A stretch of 64,000 nucleotides of DNA from positions 10,602,001-10,666,000 of the forward strand of contig NC_087257.1 of NCBI RefSeq assembly GCF_037042905.1. The letters run 5' to 3'. This DNA comes from Lytechinus pictus (Eukaryota). Below the pieces are notes generated by a model, which was not told the origin of the DNA, made no database searches, and saw only the letters and a program-made list of their open reading frames with translations. The translations under genes and the position numbers were made by a program. Within the stretch, counting starts at the first letter, position 1, and each line of letters opens with the position of its first letter. Shown here in pieces: positions 13,801-27,436 of the stretch.

Positions 13801-14619
13801 TAAACGAATCTTGATTGGATATTATTAGTATAAACATCATCAGCAGAAGTCTTAATTATGAGAGTCATAGTTTCAGTGAGTATCTGAAAACAAAACAAAC
13901 ATGCAAATTATATCGTCTCATGAATACCGATGCCCATTATTTGGAAGCCTCGGAAGTTTTCTTCCGAGGCTTCCAAACAAAGTCGGAACAATCTTTGGAT
14001 TGAGTAAGGGCGTGGCGCGGCGCGCATGCGGTCCGTAGATGCATGTAGTCGATCGGTCATTGACACGCATTCTCAAAATGAATCGCACTTTCTAAGGACG
14101 TAGCGATCTAGACATTGTAAAGTATGGAGTACATTATCGATGTCATTGATGTGAATAAATCTATAAACTGTAAGTATAAAATGAGATTGAATATAAATCT
14201 TTTCTTTTGACCTTTTTCATCAGTACTTGCCTTTCTGCTTCAATCGATCGCAATTCGCGCAACCGTTACGGCTGTGTGGCCGGAGAAGCATTAAATAGAC
14301 ATAAAATGTGGTGCATTTAGCAGCAATCTAAGCTCGTCGATATTGATATTTTCGATAGCTACCGCGCTCCGCGCGGGAGGGGGGACACCCCCCTCCCGCG
14401 ACCCACCCCCCGTGCGTGCTTCGCACGCACACCAAGGCCGCTGCGCGGCTTGCGTATCATCGCTTCGCGCCGCCAAGCGTCAGAATGAACCTGGCGAGAA
14501 CGTTGGTTGTGAAACCTCTGTACTTGTCCTCTCATAAAGAGAACACGTCACCTTGTGATAGACTCCATAAAAGTGAGAATATAAGTGAAATAAGTACTAA
14601 AGTAATGAGGGAGTTGTAC

Positions 14620-14810
14620 GTGTGTGACATCACAGATCTTGGTCGCATTAATTGCCAATAGGAGGATCTACATGGCATTAGTGATCTCAATATTCAAATG
14701 CTCATAACTTTCTTATTATTCATTCAATCTTCCTCAAACTTTCAACAATATGTTTCTTTGATTTTTCTCTTTGATATGGATTCAGCTGGTTTCAAGGGTT
14801 TCATTCTCCT
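14620..14810 (-). mobile_element. Inverted left end of the 10590/59681 TTAA MITE family
   Basis: Reverse complement matches 10590-10780; ends GTTTCATTCTCCT|TTAA. Confidence 0.7.
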
Positions 14811-16848
14811 TTAATAAACATAAATAGCCATGCGGTCGCCCCCGGGGTCGCCCTGACTATTAATACTAGCCAAATGATATCATTTTTGTTTCATTCCTTA
14901 ACGCACCATCTCTATGTATGTTGCATCCGTGTATATGTCCCTTAATTGAACTCGTCCTCAATTAATTTCACATTGTAAAGCTAGTATACACTCTCCATCA
15001 GTATGTTCAGGAAATGGCAATTAGCAAATACGGAGCAGGCTATATAATTAGTCGTTTGCACAATGGACAAACCGTTATGCACAATGCTGTATTATAAAGA
15101 ACGACTGTACAGATAGGGTGTACATTCATCAGATGCATGGCTTTGCGGGTACGGTAAGCATGCACGGTAGGGTCCCGCGGGTAAGGTTTAATTAAATTAT
15201 GTAGCATTCGAATAGCATACACATTTATGCATGTCCATTTAAATCCAATCCGTATTAAGAAGTTGATGTGAATAAGAAGGGAAACAAAATCACATAGGCA
15301 CATTTACGGCATTTCATCGAAATTAAAAATAAAATAAGAAATTTAAATCATTTCTTAGTTCTGTTAAATTTTAGTACAGCGCTATATAGACAATGCGGGG
15401 GGGGGGGCAGATCGAGGACCGCGGTAAATTGGTAGAAGCGGACAGTGTCCTACTGGTGCGCAAAAAGAAACGAAATACTGCATGGCAAGAGCATGGTAGG
15501 ATTTATTAATGAAAATTTACAGGATCGACCTGAGAGCAATTTTTATGTTTTCCAATCAATGTGATATAAGAATTAGATAACAACTTTGCATGAAACTATT
15601 ATATTGGAAAATTCTTATCAAGAATAATTGACAATTTGCTTAAACCGTCGTAAAACAAGTAAAATAAATGTCATTAATGAATGCCGATTTACCTTGATTG
15701 GCGAAGAGATATGGCGTAAACTTCTCTAGGTAGCGGCAGTGTCCAATGGCAACTAAATAATCATACTGGTGTAAGAAAAAAAAATCGAAATCTGGCTCCA
15801 TTGGCTAATCATAGTCTCACTTGCTTCGTGAGATGGCGCCCTGTTAGACAGCGTTACCGTATTGGGCAGAATTCAGAGTTGCATTGACCATATTATATTC
15901 ACACTCGAGGTCAATGCCGAGGATCTGGAGGGTGGGGTGGGGGTGGAAGGGGGTGGCACTGCCCCTATCCCTTTGCCTTGGCTTTTTATTTCATATGTGC
16001 CCACCCCATCCCATTTGGTCAATCGTGGATCCTCCTTGTTGTCAAGCCCAACCCCCTGCAGCAAAAAAGTAATTTTAGATAATAAATAAAATCACATTTT
16101 TATTAGGCTTATTTAAGGGCTTTTCAGTTAAACGTGAATGTTCAAGCCTAAAATGCCATCAAAATTTCATTACATTTTGATGTGAAATAAGAGAAATTAA
16201 AATAAATGTAAAGTCCGCATATTTTCACAAACAGTTATATGCACATCGGCAATGACGGAATCGATTACGTCACACATGCACTGACTATTTGGATATGTTA
16301 ACATTTTTTCATGCAAAATGTATATCTATATATATATATATATATATTCTGATAGAATAGTTTTAATATGTACATTTCTATGATTTGGTTGAGTTCTGTC
16401 ACTGCTTGTATTGCGTTCAGATCGTCACTTTATGTTGGCAGAGATCACATAGAAGTAAGGGAGATCGGCCGGGGACAATAAAAACATATTTTTCCAAATT
16501 TGACTTTATTAAAACTTTATTAAAACTAAATATTTGCTTTATCAAAGGGTATTATGCACTTAACAGATCCAAGATTTTTACCATAAAGATATTAGCCCCA
16601 TATATGATAAAACATGACAGTGTTTTACTCATTTACATAATATTTTCCACTTGCTATATGGGGAACGCTTTGGATTTTTGAGGTTGTTTTGGCTTCACCC
16701 TTTAACTGTAGAAATATACATCAATTTCTATTTGGGTTCTGCATCTATGTACATTAAATTATGTACCGACTGTGGTAAAACAATGCACATTATGCTTTTT
16801 AACTTGAATGCTGCATTCTTTGCCAAAGAAAGTTATAATATTTCTTAA

Positions 16849-17457
16849 AGGACAAGATCACCCCAACAAAAAGTTGATTCGAATAAAATGAGAAAAATCC
16901 AGCAACTATAACACTGAAAATGTCATCAAAATCGGATGTAAAATAAGAAAGGAGTGACATTTTGAAGTGTCTCTTAATTTCACAAAATAGTTATATGCAC
17001 ATCCCGGTCGAACTGAATCACTCACTCACTATTTCTTTTGTATTTTATGAAATATGAAATATTCTGATTTACTCATCATTGTCTTGTGTAACAATTGTGT
17101 AACAAAATTTAATTTCTCCCTAAACATGTGGCATTACCATTGTTTAACTTCATGGTTCAGTCAAGTTGGTCCTTATTGTCAAATCTCTAAAAATTGAAAC
17201 ATTGTATAATTCAAACAATAAAAAACAAAAGAAATAGTGAGTGAGGGACATCATCCATTCTCTCATTTGCATGTGACTAAACTATAACATAGTTATTGAA
17301 AAAAATTGTGAAAAATAAGCAAAACTTTAAATATGATAATTTTTTTATATCACATCCAATTTTGATGAAATATTCAGCATTATACTTGTCTATTTTTTCT
17401 CTATTGAAGCCCCGGGGATTGATGCAAATCAAAATGTTTCTGAGGTGGACTTGACCT
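16849..17457. mobile_element. TTAA-targeting (Kolobok-like) MITE, high-copy family
   Basis: TTAA|AGGACAAG ... CTTGACCT|TTAA; partial copies at ~38600-38955, ~47217-47480 and ~60280-60617. Confidence 0.8.
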
Positions 17458-17706
17458 TTAAAGAGGGTGAAAATTACAGCTTTGTCTGAAATCAAAACAA
17501 AAAAAATGTATATGCCTCTTTTTCGGACAAAAAGATCTTTAACAAAAGGTATCCATTCCCGAATTACTGTTTTATTCAGAGATCATGTGTACGAAAGACT
17601 TTTTATTAGATATGTAATATTATTGCAATGAAGATAAAATGACAAATAAGTCAAATGGGAAGTTTACTGGTATCAAGCCTTAAATAGGCGTGATAGGACA
17701 GCCATG

Positions 17707-17982
17707 TGGAGCGTTGTGGCCCAGTGGATTAGTCTTCGGACTTTGAAACAGAGGGTCGTGGGTTCGAATCCCAGCCATGACGTCATTTCCTTCAGCAAGA
17801 AACTGATCCACAGTGTGTCGCACTCAACCCAGGTGAGGTAAATGGGTACCGGTAGGAAGTAATTCCTTAAAAAGCTGTGTGCGCTATGAACGCCTATATA
17901 GCTTAGCCGGGTAATATAGGAGCGCCTTGAGCACCTAACAAGGTGGATATGTGCGCAATATAAATACCCTATATTATTATTA
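17707..17982 (+). mobile_element. tRNA-derived SINE (Meta-like central domain)
   Basis: A box TGGCCCAGTGG, B box GGTTCGAATCC, central ctcaacccaggtgaggtaaatgggtacc, (ATT)n tail; homologous to 41900-42187. Confidence 0.85.
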
Positions 17983-18191
17983 ATTACCCAGTTTAAGAAG
18001 ACATCACGCACGCAACTCAGGTGGTAAAGGAGTACCTTGAAGTTTATTCCTTGAAATGATTTCCCATTTCTGTAGTAGGCTTGCCAGACTAAAACCAGGG
18101 TAAACATATCAAAGTCCGTTAACACATACTGGAACATAATCGATATGCCCTTATATAAAGGAACTTAGTAGTACTAGTATTATTCTTTTTT

Positions 18192-19352
18192 TTAGATGAT
18201 TTGTCCTCGGTTCCACACCCATACCATTTCAGTGACATTTAAATCCGATATGAAAACATATGCATTCACTCGATGCACTCGACGGTTGTAGCTCTCATCC
18301 TCTTTGAATTTGAATAACAGAAATCTGTCAATGTCACGGACTTCAACTCCCGCCTTCTGCAAGCACATTCCCAGGAAGACGTCCTCCCATTTGAAGATGG
18401 GCGTGGTTAAGGCAGCCCTGTAGGCCTTCTGGACCACGTCTGAAGACAATACATAGGCACCTCCGTTCAGGTATGGCGGGAAAGTGGGGAAGGGGTAGTC
18501 GTCTTCTGATACATAGAACTTCTTCTTTGCATTCCGCACCGGCGCTGTCCAGACCCATGTTTTCCCAGTGGCGTAGTCGGTAAGTGGTGCGTTGGTCAGC
18601 ACTTTGTCATGGAAGAGCCGTTGGTTCATCATGGTGTCGTCGTCGATCTTCATGGCGTACTGGGCGTGTCTGCAGTAGTTGGTCACCCATTTCAACCCCA
18701 TCACCGTCTTCACGGTCAGGTTGAGGTAGCTGTCAACAAAGTCCTCCTGGACGATGTCTCCATGGTGAGCGGACTCTGAATCAATATCTCGTTGCAGAGT
18801 TTCATTGGATGTGGCGCCGAGAAGGAAAACTGTCCGCACCACTCCCTTTCCTCTTAACATGCTTAAAGAGTCCCAGTGTCTCCGGTCCCCGTAAGTTTTT
18901 CGAATCGTCTGTCGTCTGAGAAAATGATGAGGTGCGGATATCGAATAGAAAATCACAAATACCTTCAATCTCTTTCCACTATTTTTCAAGCAAGTCCGTG
19001 ATGGGTTGTGGATGTATTTGTAGTCATGTGGATCCGTCTGACCATTCAGTTGACCAGCATCGTTTTTATTTAGTTTGTCCTCTTTTTTGGGGACCACAGC
19101 ATCGTCAGAAGAGTGTTTTTCACCTCCGGCAACCAAGTCAGCTTCTTCCTCAAGAGCCACCAGACGATTATCGCCTACCAGTCCTTTGACCACGGTGGCA
19201 TGCTGGCGTCGGATGTGATCCGGGGCTTGTGAGATGCTGATCTGGATTTGTTCCTCCATTCGGACAACCTGACCAAACTGTGACAGAGAACCCAGCAGGA
19301 GCACACCACTCAAGAAGCCAATGGAATAAAGCATAAGACTTCTACGCGACAT
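18192..19352 (-). CDS. Beta-1,3-galactosyltransferase family (GT31, B3GALT1-like), single coding exon, type II membrane protein
   Basis: N-terminal TM (LYSIGFLSGVLLLGSL), stem region, motifs RRQTIRKTYG, GDIVQEDFVDSYLNLTVKT, KIDDD (DxD), PPYLNGGAYVLS, EDVFLG; ATG at 19352 chosen just before the TM. Confidence 0.92.
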   Translation of the reverse strand: MSRRSLMLYSIGFLSGVLLLGSLSQFGQVVRMEEQIQISISQAPDHIRRQHATVVKGLVGDNRLVALEEEADLVAGGEKHSSDDAVVPKKEDKLNKNDAGQLNGQTDPHDYKYIHNPSRTCLKNSGKRLKVFVIFYSISAPHHFLRRQTIRKTYGDRRHWDSLSMLRGKGVVRTVFLLGATSNETLQRDIDSESAHHGDIVQEDFVDSYLNLTVKTVMGLKWVTNYCRHAQYAMKIDDDTMMNQRLFHDKVLTNAPLTDYATGKTWVWTAPVRNAKKKFYVSEDDYPFPTFPPYLNGGAYVLSSDVVQKAYRAALTTPIFKWEDVFLGMCLQKAGVEVRDIDRFLLFKFKEDESYNRRVHRVNAYVFISDLNVTEMVWVWNRGQII

Positions 19353-21034
19353 GTTAAACGATACTATTAGGTCATCAGCATGTAGGAATGAAGTTTCTAT
19401 AGTCCATCGAGGTCGAAATTGAATATTCATCAAAATATGAGCAGAAACGCGTTTGTATAGGCCATATAGGGCATACACCAACAGTCACACCTCTTCCAAT
19501 GTAAACTGTTCTTTGATTTATTTTAACACAAGATCCGATAGATACTTTCTTAGTGCGGAGATGTTGACGAGAAGGCGCATTCCGGTAAATAGCTTCCTGC
19601 TATTGTGTTGCACTTGCTCCCACTAAATGTTTAGGACTGATGGCTTTCGTTTGTTTGCTGGTGATTCAACCACCCTTTCACTGTTATTTTCTAACACTTT
19701 CTAACTAGGTCGGATGAGAAGTTAGCCTATGTATATTGGGATGTATAGCTGTAGTTGTTACTGCACAAAATTGACAACAAACTTGATAGAACATCATTCT
19801 GTAGTGAAAAAACGTCAGGGAGGAAACATTTACCGTGAATGAAGTCAGCTTGGTCAGAAAAGATGCATAATACCAAACAACATTCTGAATCATAGCTCTT
19901 TAAAATTGGACAGAAGTTTTGATTGGTGCAAAAATGATAGCGTTTTTTTTTTTCTTGTTCAACCGCCGAAAGATATAATTTTATTTTTTTGCACCACGCA
20001 TGCCATGTAGATGAGTAAATACAATATTATAATGGCTTTCTGTAATTGCAAATTTGTTCGAAAGATGTAGATTATATTTCTTTTTATCTTCGTTCTCGAC
20101 TACTTATGAAACTCTATATAATTTATGGCCATTGATATAATTTTATCTTTCATATCATTTTCTGCAAAGGTATAAATTTTCATATGGACCTGGTAAATAA
20201 ATAGATAAATAAATAAATAAATAAGTATATAGTGAAGTCATATAAGCGATACAATTATATTCAATTGTATTTGAAAATAAAAGGAAAGGGATATTGTAAA
20301 AGGAAAAATACCTCTTTTTGCAGGTTATATTTTCATTTTGTTTATTTGCTTATATTCCTTGCATTGTATATTTGTCTTGTATCATTTTGTACTTCTTGTT
20401 ATGAACAAAATGCTGGCAATTGCCAGTGAAGTTCTAATAAATTCAATTCAAATTCAATTCAATTCATGAAAACAGAAGTGCGTTTTAATGTTTTCTAATT
20501 TCATAATAACAACAGTTTTATTCTATTTTGTATCTAAATTGTCCATAATGATCCCCGGAATGATCCCAAACATTCTTCATGCAAGTTGTGATGTTTAAGC
20601 CTATTTCATTATAAAAGTTTTATTGAACTATACCGTGCTGGTTAACACGAAAGTCATCTACCTATTTCCGACATAATATGTCCGAATTAGTTTCTGAAAA
20701 ATATGATTTAAAAGCAATTCCCTGATTGATGCTCAAATGATTGATTGTAAGTGAACTCTGCAGTATAGCCGCATCATACCACATAAGCAAACGAATTAGA
20801 AACAAACATTGTGTGAGGAAGTTTGTCTTCTTTGCTACCGAATAGAACATGTCTTCTCTTTTGTTATGGTATATTTGCTCGACTCTCTGTAAACATTATT
20901 TGCTACAAGTGGTCTCTACTAAAAAGACACAAATCTGTGTGTCTTCATTCGATCGTTCTGGTCTATAAGCCGTCTATCGTATCTATAAACGTCTCTCTAA
21001 AAATCTCTCCCTGAAAACAACTTTAACAGTCTTA

Positions 21035-21260
21035 TGGGGCGTTGCAAGAAACTTGCGATCAATTGCAAGTCAACATTCTTTCCAAAAATCAAGCATAAGC
21101 CGTGCAATTAAGTGCAAATTTGCAATTGATCGCTAATATGCTCCATGAAACAAGGAACGTAGTCTGATTTGCTATAGTTAAAAGTTATCAATCAATTGTG
21201 AAATTGCAACAGAATATTTGCGATTGATTGCAAATATTTGAATATTATTGCAACACCCCC
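21035..21260. mobile_element. PIF/Harbinger MITE
   Basis: GGGGCGTTGCAA / TTGCAACACCCCC, TWA flanks; second copy at 46785-47002. Confidence 0.75.
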
Positions 21261-22799
21261 TAAGAAAACCAAGGTCTGATTATCTAAGCATCGAAGGTGG
21301 CGCTACACACTGTAAAAACGCTGTTTAAGCCCGTCACTCTAACAACTATTTCTTTAAATTTTAAACAGTTGTTTAAACTTTTTGTAACAACTTGTTTAAA
21401 GTTTAAACAACAGTTGTTAGAGTGATGGACTTAAACAATATTGCTTAACAGTTTTAACAGATAACAGATAACGTATAGTGTTAAGTATATGAGTTGTTAA
21501 TGTTTCTATTACTTTGTAAAGAGATGATATTCATTTGCTATATGTATATTCTTTTGTATATGTCAAGAATTGAAGTTGTTATCAAATAAAAACCTTTTGA
21601 TTAAAAAGAATCTTTCACCCTGAAAATTTTGAAAAATTGGTCTGAAAGGAGCCAGTTTTAATCCGGTGACAGAAATTTCTTATTTGTATTGTTATTGAAT
21701 GAAATCATTCATTTAAAAAATTGTTACTGAGAAACAGGCGGATGGAAAAAGAATAAAATTCTAGGATGAAATATAATAATATGTTCATGTCAGGATTTTA
21801 TACATGACATTATCTTTATAAACTTTACCCCTCCCGGCAACCAATTGCATTTGGCGTGCCCCGTTTATTTTACCACGTACCCTCTTATATGTCACTTCAT
21901 TTTAGTTAGTATTATTGATCAAGGCTTATATGATGTAAAATAATTTGAGAACATAAAAAAAAAATGAGAATTGAAATTTAAAAGAGTGTATAGAAAGGAA
22001 TTAACTTAAAAAAAAGACTATAGAGTAAAAATGGCTCATATTCAGGCCAATTTTTCAATAATTTCAGTTCGCGCCTCGCGCTCGCATTATTGGTCTAATC
22101 CTTACATATCCGTAGTTCCTATTTTTGTTGTAGAAATAAAGATAACATAATTTATACTTGAAGCTTACCCACCCACCCCGCTGGCATACAGATGAGGTTT
22201 GGGAGCCATGGACCCCACCCCCCCCCCCCCAAAAAAAAAAAAAAAAAAAAAAAAAATGAATAAATGAATAAATAAATAAATAAATAAATAAAAATGAATA
22301 ATTATAATAATGAATATAAAATAAAATGAAAAAGTATCACGACCAAGAAAGAATTAGGAGAATAGGGAGAAAAGGAAAAGCAAAAATGGCGAAGTGACAT
22401 TTATCACAAAATCATTTTTTTGTTTTTAAATATGTCTAACGCCGGCCCTTACACAATGTCTGAATACCCTAAATTTGTATACCGGTACTTGTTGCGCCAC
22501 AGACACCCCCCCCCCCCCCCCCAATCAAAAAAGAGGGAAATCCCTCACTACATGATTGTGAACAATATTTTGTGAGCATGCAGTCATCCTCCCCCTCCCC
22601 CATCCATCGATAATTATAACCCATGGGTTTGTTACCAATGAATTTTCTTCATTTTGTTATAAATATTGCTAGGGGTTCCTAAAGTCACGAGAACCAAATA
22701 GTTTAAGTGACTTCATTATTTTCCTCTCTAGTAGAGTCTAGAGAATAAATACACTATTTTCTAACTTACTCTATTTGGCGAATACACCTGTTTGCTTGG

Positions 22800-22870
22800 T
22801 TACAGCGCATGCGTTTTGGCACTTGTTCAGCGGCACTTAGCAACGTATGTGTACATGCATTGTGACGTAT
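22800..22870 (+). promoter_or_regulatory. Putative CFAP210 promoter with RFX X-box half-site
   Basis: GGCACTTAGCAAC (22832-22844), NRF1-like GCGCATGCG (~22805) and CRE-like TGACGTA (~22863), within ~140-200 bp upstream of the ATG; RFX regulation of ciliary genes is established. Confidence 0.45.
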
Positions 22871-23006
22871 TGGCGATGCGATGACTGGTGTGCCGCAGCG
22901 TTGGAAAACGAGGAAAGTTGAGAATATCAAGAAAACTGACTAAATATCATTATCAAACAGGAATATATTTGCAATATTTAATAACTATTAATTATCATCT
23001 ACATCC

Positions 23007-23055
23007 ATGGCTCAAGAGCAAGTACGGCATGGCCGAAGGAGAGGGCAAACAAAGA
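23007..23055 (+). CDS. CFAP210: CFAP210/CCDC173 exon 1
   Basis: MAQEQVRHGRRRGQTK resembles the vertebrate N-terminus (VRFGRRxGR); donor gtaagt at 23056; phase 1 fits exon 2. Confidence 0.8.
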
Positions 23056-24006
23056 GTAAGTAACTGAAATAGTATTCATCTGTCTCCGACTCCGGGATCT
23101 GTCTCTGGCATCCCCGCCATAGCCCACGTCGCGCTGCCGCTGCGCCGGCGCGCCTGGCCGCGATATGTGCAAAGCTAGCATAATTGGCTTGGGCTGGCAT
23201 GCAGCGACTGTTAGTGTTGGGATGGGGGGTCGGGTGTCCGTACACTTTATATTTTTGAAGCCTTCTTTTTTGTCTTTGGATTACACTAAAAATATGAATT
23301 CAAGGCCTTATCCTGAAATAAGCCGCCTCTCTTCTCGTGTGTGTCAGTGTGTGTGCGCTCGAGCTTGTTCATGTTGTGTACAAAGACAATAGACATGGGA
23401 GAGGAAAGAAGTCACCGCCGCTGACGAAATGAACGGCAGTTAATGGAGTGGTGACTTAAACCAGGATAATGCCGAATTCAATAGTTGTAATCATGTTCTA
23501 TTTTGTTCTCTAGATCTATAATATTTCCTAACATTTTGTACTAAAAATTGATGAAACTTCGCTTGTATAAATTTTTCCAAATGACTTTCTAAAATTAATC
23601 GTCCGGAGTTTTTTTAGATGAAGCCAGGACAGGTTGTTTGCGCGCCTAACTGTTACTTAGTTAAAAATGACCGAACATTGGACATGACTTTGTTTAACGT
23701 TCCACGATAATCTTATTTGATTTTAAAGAGCAAGTGCGCCAAAAGTCTCATCCAATATAGACAGCTGGCAGCCGTCTGTTTCGAGGAGTTTTTAAACATT
23801 TTTTTATTTTTTAAATTTCTCCTCATACACAGACGGCTCGCTATCGTGCTGCCACCATTAGGGGACTTACAATGCAAAATCCCCCCGTCGGGGCTCTTCA
23901 ATTTTTGTCTTTAATGAATCAAACTTTTGAAAATTAATGCGACTGAAATGCAAAGTAATATTCCCTCTTTTCATTAATTGCCCCAAAACGGGGAAAATCA
24001 AGTTAA

Positions 24007-25458
24007 AGTTGAATTAAGAAGACGATTCCAAATATTGAGATATTTACATTAATAGCAACCTTACAACCCCCCAAACACTAATAGGTGATTCGACCCCCCA
24101 TTTTCTTTTTTCAAAATAGTGAATTTGAACGATTTATCCCTACCCATTTTCCTGAGTTCGCTCCTGCAATGCCTACCGAGACGGGTGTTCTTTGAGTGTG
24201 ACGTCACCGGGGGGTATTCGGTCCCGGTTTAGTAAACAAGGCAGTGCCGTTTTGTGTACTATGCACGTACTCCTTCATATGGAATAACTGCAGTTGAAGT
24301 TGTATCTGCGAGCCATAGAACTTGCAAAGAGGAAATGATTAAAATATTTGTGGCCGTACTATTATTCCAAATATGTGAATTCCCTCAGAATGATACCATA
24401 GACCCTAAAGGAATAATTTCAAGGTGAATAATATGAAATTTGATCGAGATCTTCTCACCAGTCGATAACGTAGCAGACGTGTTATTATGACATATTTATC
24501 CGCGTGTGACGCGGCTCTTGCAAAAAAACACAGTTGGTTGCGGAATTGCTTTGTGCCGACCGGCCGCCCGCTCCGGCGCAGCTAGCTGTCGAGCTACCGT
24601 ACCGTTCTTGTTGTCTTCAACCATAGAGCTGTATACTAATTACTATATATCTTTCTGTCTTCAACTCACTTCCGAATTGCGTTTGTATGTGTGACGGTGA
24701 CCCCTAGCGTAATTAAATATAGAAAACAACTCAGAAGGCCGAGAAAGAATACTATACGTTTGGTTCAAGATTGTTCTGTGGAATGAGCTATGAGTGGAAA
24801 TGATCCAGAGGATATAAAAGTGGAGTCAAAGACAAAAGAAAAGAAGAAAAAACGCCAGGGGATCGCTGCACGGCCATGAACTAAGTCGACATACCAGACC
24901 ATAACAGTACACTCAATGCCTGAGTGTTGTGTGTACTAGTATTATGCGTTCAGCGCGCGCTGAGCTAGCCGCCGGAATTACTTTCCAGCTACTCACTTGA
25001 TTGAACATCGTGATAAAATAAATGAGAAATAGTGAAAATATCATTCAATAACTCACTGTTTGCTATCTTACATCATGATTGAAGAGTTCATGGTGGTTAT
25101 TCATACTGTTTTTTATACAGGGAAAGTAAAGATTTGTACATATCAGTCCTATTTGTTTGATTTGAGTTGCTTTGAAAAAAAATTGTAAAATATCTTTCTC
25201 TCTCTGCATAGCATTTCTGTATGACATTCAGGCACCTCTTATACTAAATTCCCCCCGGTGACGTCACACTCCGAGTGACTTTTCTGTACACTCGTCTCTC
25301 GGGCTCTGACAGGTGGCTAATTTCATAGACTTTCAAAGCAAAATATCGAGAAGGCAGAGGATTATTGTGACATGCTATGTGTTTGAACAACTTATATATA
25401 CTATATATTGTATGTAGAACCTATATTTATGGAAACTCACCCCCTTCTTAATTCAACT
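24007..25458. mobile_element. TTAA-targeting non-autonomous element in CFAP210 intron 1
   Basis: TTAA|AGTTGAATTAAGAAG ... CTTCTTAATTCAACT|TTAA; internal inverted pair gagtgtgacgtcaccgggggg / ccccccggtgacgtcacactc. Confidence 0.8.
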
Positions 25459-25817
25459 TTAAAAGGAACAAAAACAGTGACTTACCTCGGCTGTCGCGCA
25501 ACTTCACTGCCCTGTTTTATCCGAACTTAATACACATAAACATATGGCCATTGAGTCCCCTGTACAGATTGCGCTAGAACTTCGGTCTCTGTATTTGGTG
25601 AGTGAAGCCAACATGGTTCAGCTGAACAACCAACATAACAGAGACTGAAGCTATTGGTCTACATCCAATGAAGACCAAAAAGCCTGCCAGGCGTAACATT
25701 AGGCATACCGTAGGCCTAGATTTACGTTAGTCTCATCGTCTAAAGTGAAAAACAATGGTGTCCCAGCCCGAGGGCTGAGGCGAGAAGCCTGTGGCCTGCT
25801 GTGCTGTGTGCAGTGTT

Positions 25818-26612
25818 TAGGGACAGTGATTTTCCGCGATCGCGGAAAACGGACGGAATTCACGGAAAGGGCCTTTTGAAACGGAAAATGGCATTTCAAA
25901 CGGAAAATCACGGAAAACGTATTTTCCCTCAAAATACACAGAATAGCAACAGAAATTACTCCAAAATCACAACAAAATGAGAATATTAAATGGCAAAAAA
26001 AACCCAGAAAACACGATCTTACTTCGCTACTATCATGACAATTCACACATCGTGACTGCACTCGACATCAGCACACTCGATTGTACCCCGCACCGTACCC
26101 GTACCCGGCCGGCCGGGTTGGGCTTCACATGCACACATGTATCGTTCAACTACATGTACACAGTTGTGTGTTGCTGCCCTCTACGTTTGAAGATGTAACA
26201 GCACGATATCGTGGTCTTAAAATCCAAGATGGCGGATTGGGAAAAGACGATGACTGATGATAACGATGTCCAAAACCCCCCAAAATTATCGATGAAATAT
26301 CATTTCACCGTGAAATAATGCTAATAATATGAAAGGTGAGGATGTATGCATGCAAAATGGGTGTGTTAGAATATTTTATTCACCCGCATAGATCCGATTA
26401 GAACGGATTTTATTGTGTTGTTGGTACAGTAGCAGATACAAATTTTGACCAGTGCGAGTGTGCATGTAAATGTGTAAACGGAATTGTCACTTTTCCGTGT
26501 GTACAAAGTCTATGGGGAAACGGAATTTCCGTTTTCTGACATGCTGAAACGGAATTTGAGATTTTCTGAAACGGAAAAGGCAATTTTTTGAAATGGAAAA
26601 TCACTGTCCCTA
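25818..26612. mobile_element. hAT-like MITE with 6-bp TSD
   Basis: TIR TAGGGACAGTGATTTTCC / GGAAAATCACTGTCCCTA; AGTGTT on both flanks; ACGGAA subterminal repeats; end fragment again at ~31702. Confidence 0.8.
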
Positions 26613-27191
26613 AGTGTTTCCACAGTCACAGATCCAAAATAAATTTCCCGAAACTGAATCCCAAATTTTCTGAAATAGATATTTTCTGGAATTATCAAAT
26701 TTGATTTAAAAATCAGGCAATAATACAGCGAGCCTGAATTTGATTTGGTTCAGGTGGCCAAGGAATTAGCATTATTTTGTTCATGCCCTCTTTAAAAATC
26801 AGAACAAATTACAAAATGCGAGTGGAAAATTTTGAGCTACATATCAGTATGGAAGTATACCGCACAGTATAACCTGAATTTGTTGCTAGGTAGACCTCTA
26901 ATTGTTTAATTGTAATTTTCAGATTTTACCTTTAATTAAGTTCATTAACTATTACACACATACACACTTAGGATGAAATATTGAGATTATCAATTCAAAT
27001 TGAAAATTGTAACGAAAAATAATAGAGTGTAGATTAGGTTCTTTGTAATTATTTTACAAACATTGCTGGAAATATTTTTGTTATCAGTTTACTCTAGCCT
27101 CTAGGCCTATGTGAAAAAAGGGAATGTTTTCTTACCTAGATAGAGAAATACACATGTACTTAGTGAATCAAGTATGTTATTGCTTCCTCAG

Positions 27192-27436
27192 ATTCACCGA
27201 TGGGTAATCGGTCGAAGATGGCTCCCCAAGGCGGACCCGCAGGAGGCATGCTCCTTCCTGATGGCACAGATCTCCGTGAGGTCACTATTCTCTCGAAATC
27301 AGACTGGTCTCGTATTGGGGCTCAGCTGGAGCGGAAGCAGCGGGAGGAGGAAGCAATTCGAGCCAAGCGGGAAGCCAAAGAAGCCCTTCAACAACAGACA
27401 AAGGATATGGTCAAAAATTGGAGTAACACTATCGCT
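27192..27436 (+). CDS. CFAP210: CFAP210/CCDC173 exon 2
   Basis: cctcag acceptor, gtaagt donor; ..DLREVTILSKSDWSRI..VKNWSNTIA. Confidence 0.92.

Noticed and set aside
17673-18137. 154-aa ORF
   Set aside because: Mostly the antisense translation of a SINE
19353-19481. N-terminal extension of the GT31 ORF
   Set aside because: The ORF track starts at a non-ATG codon; ATG 19352 immediately precedes the signal anchor, as expected for type II Golgi enzymes
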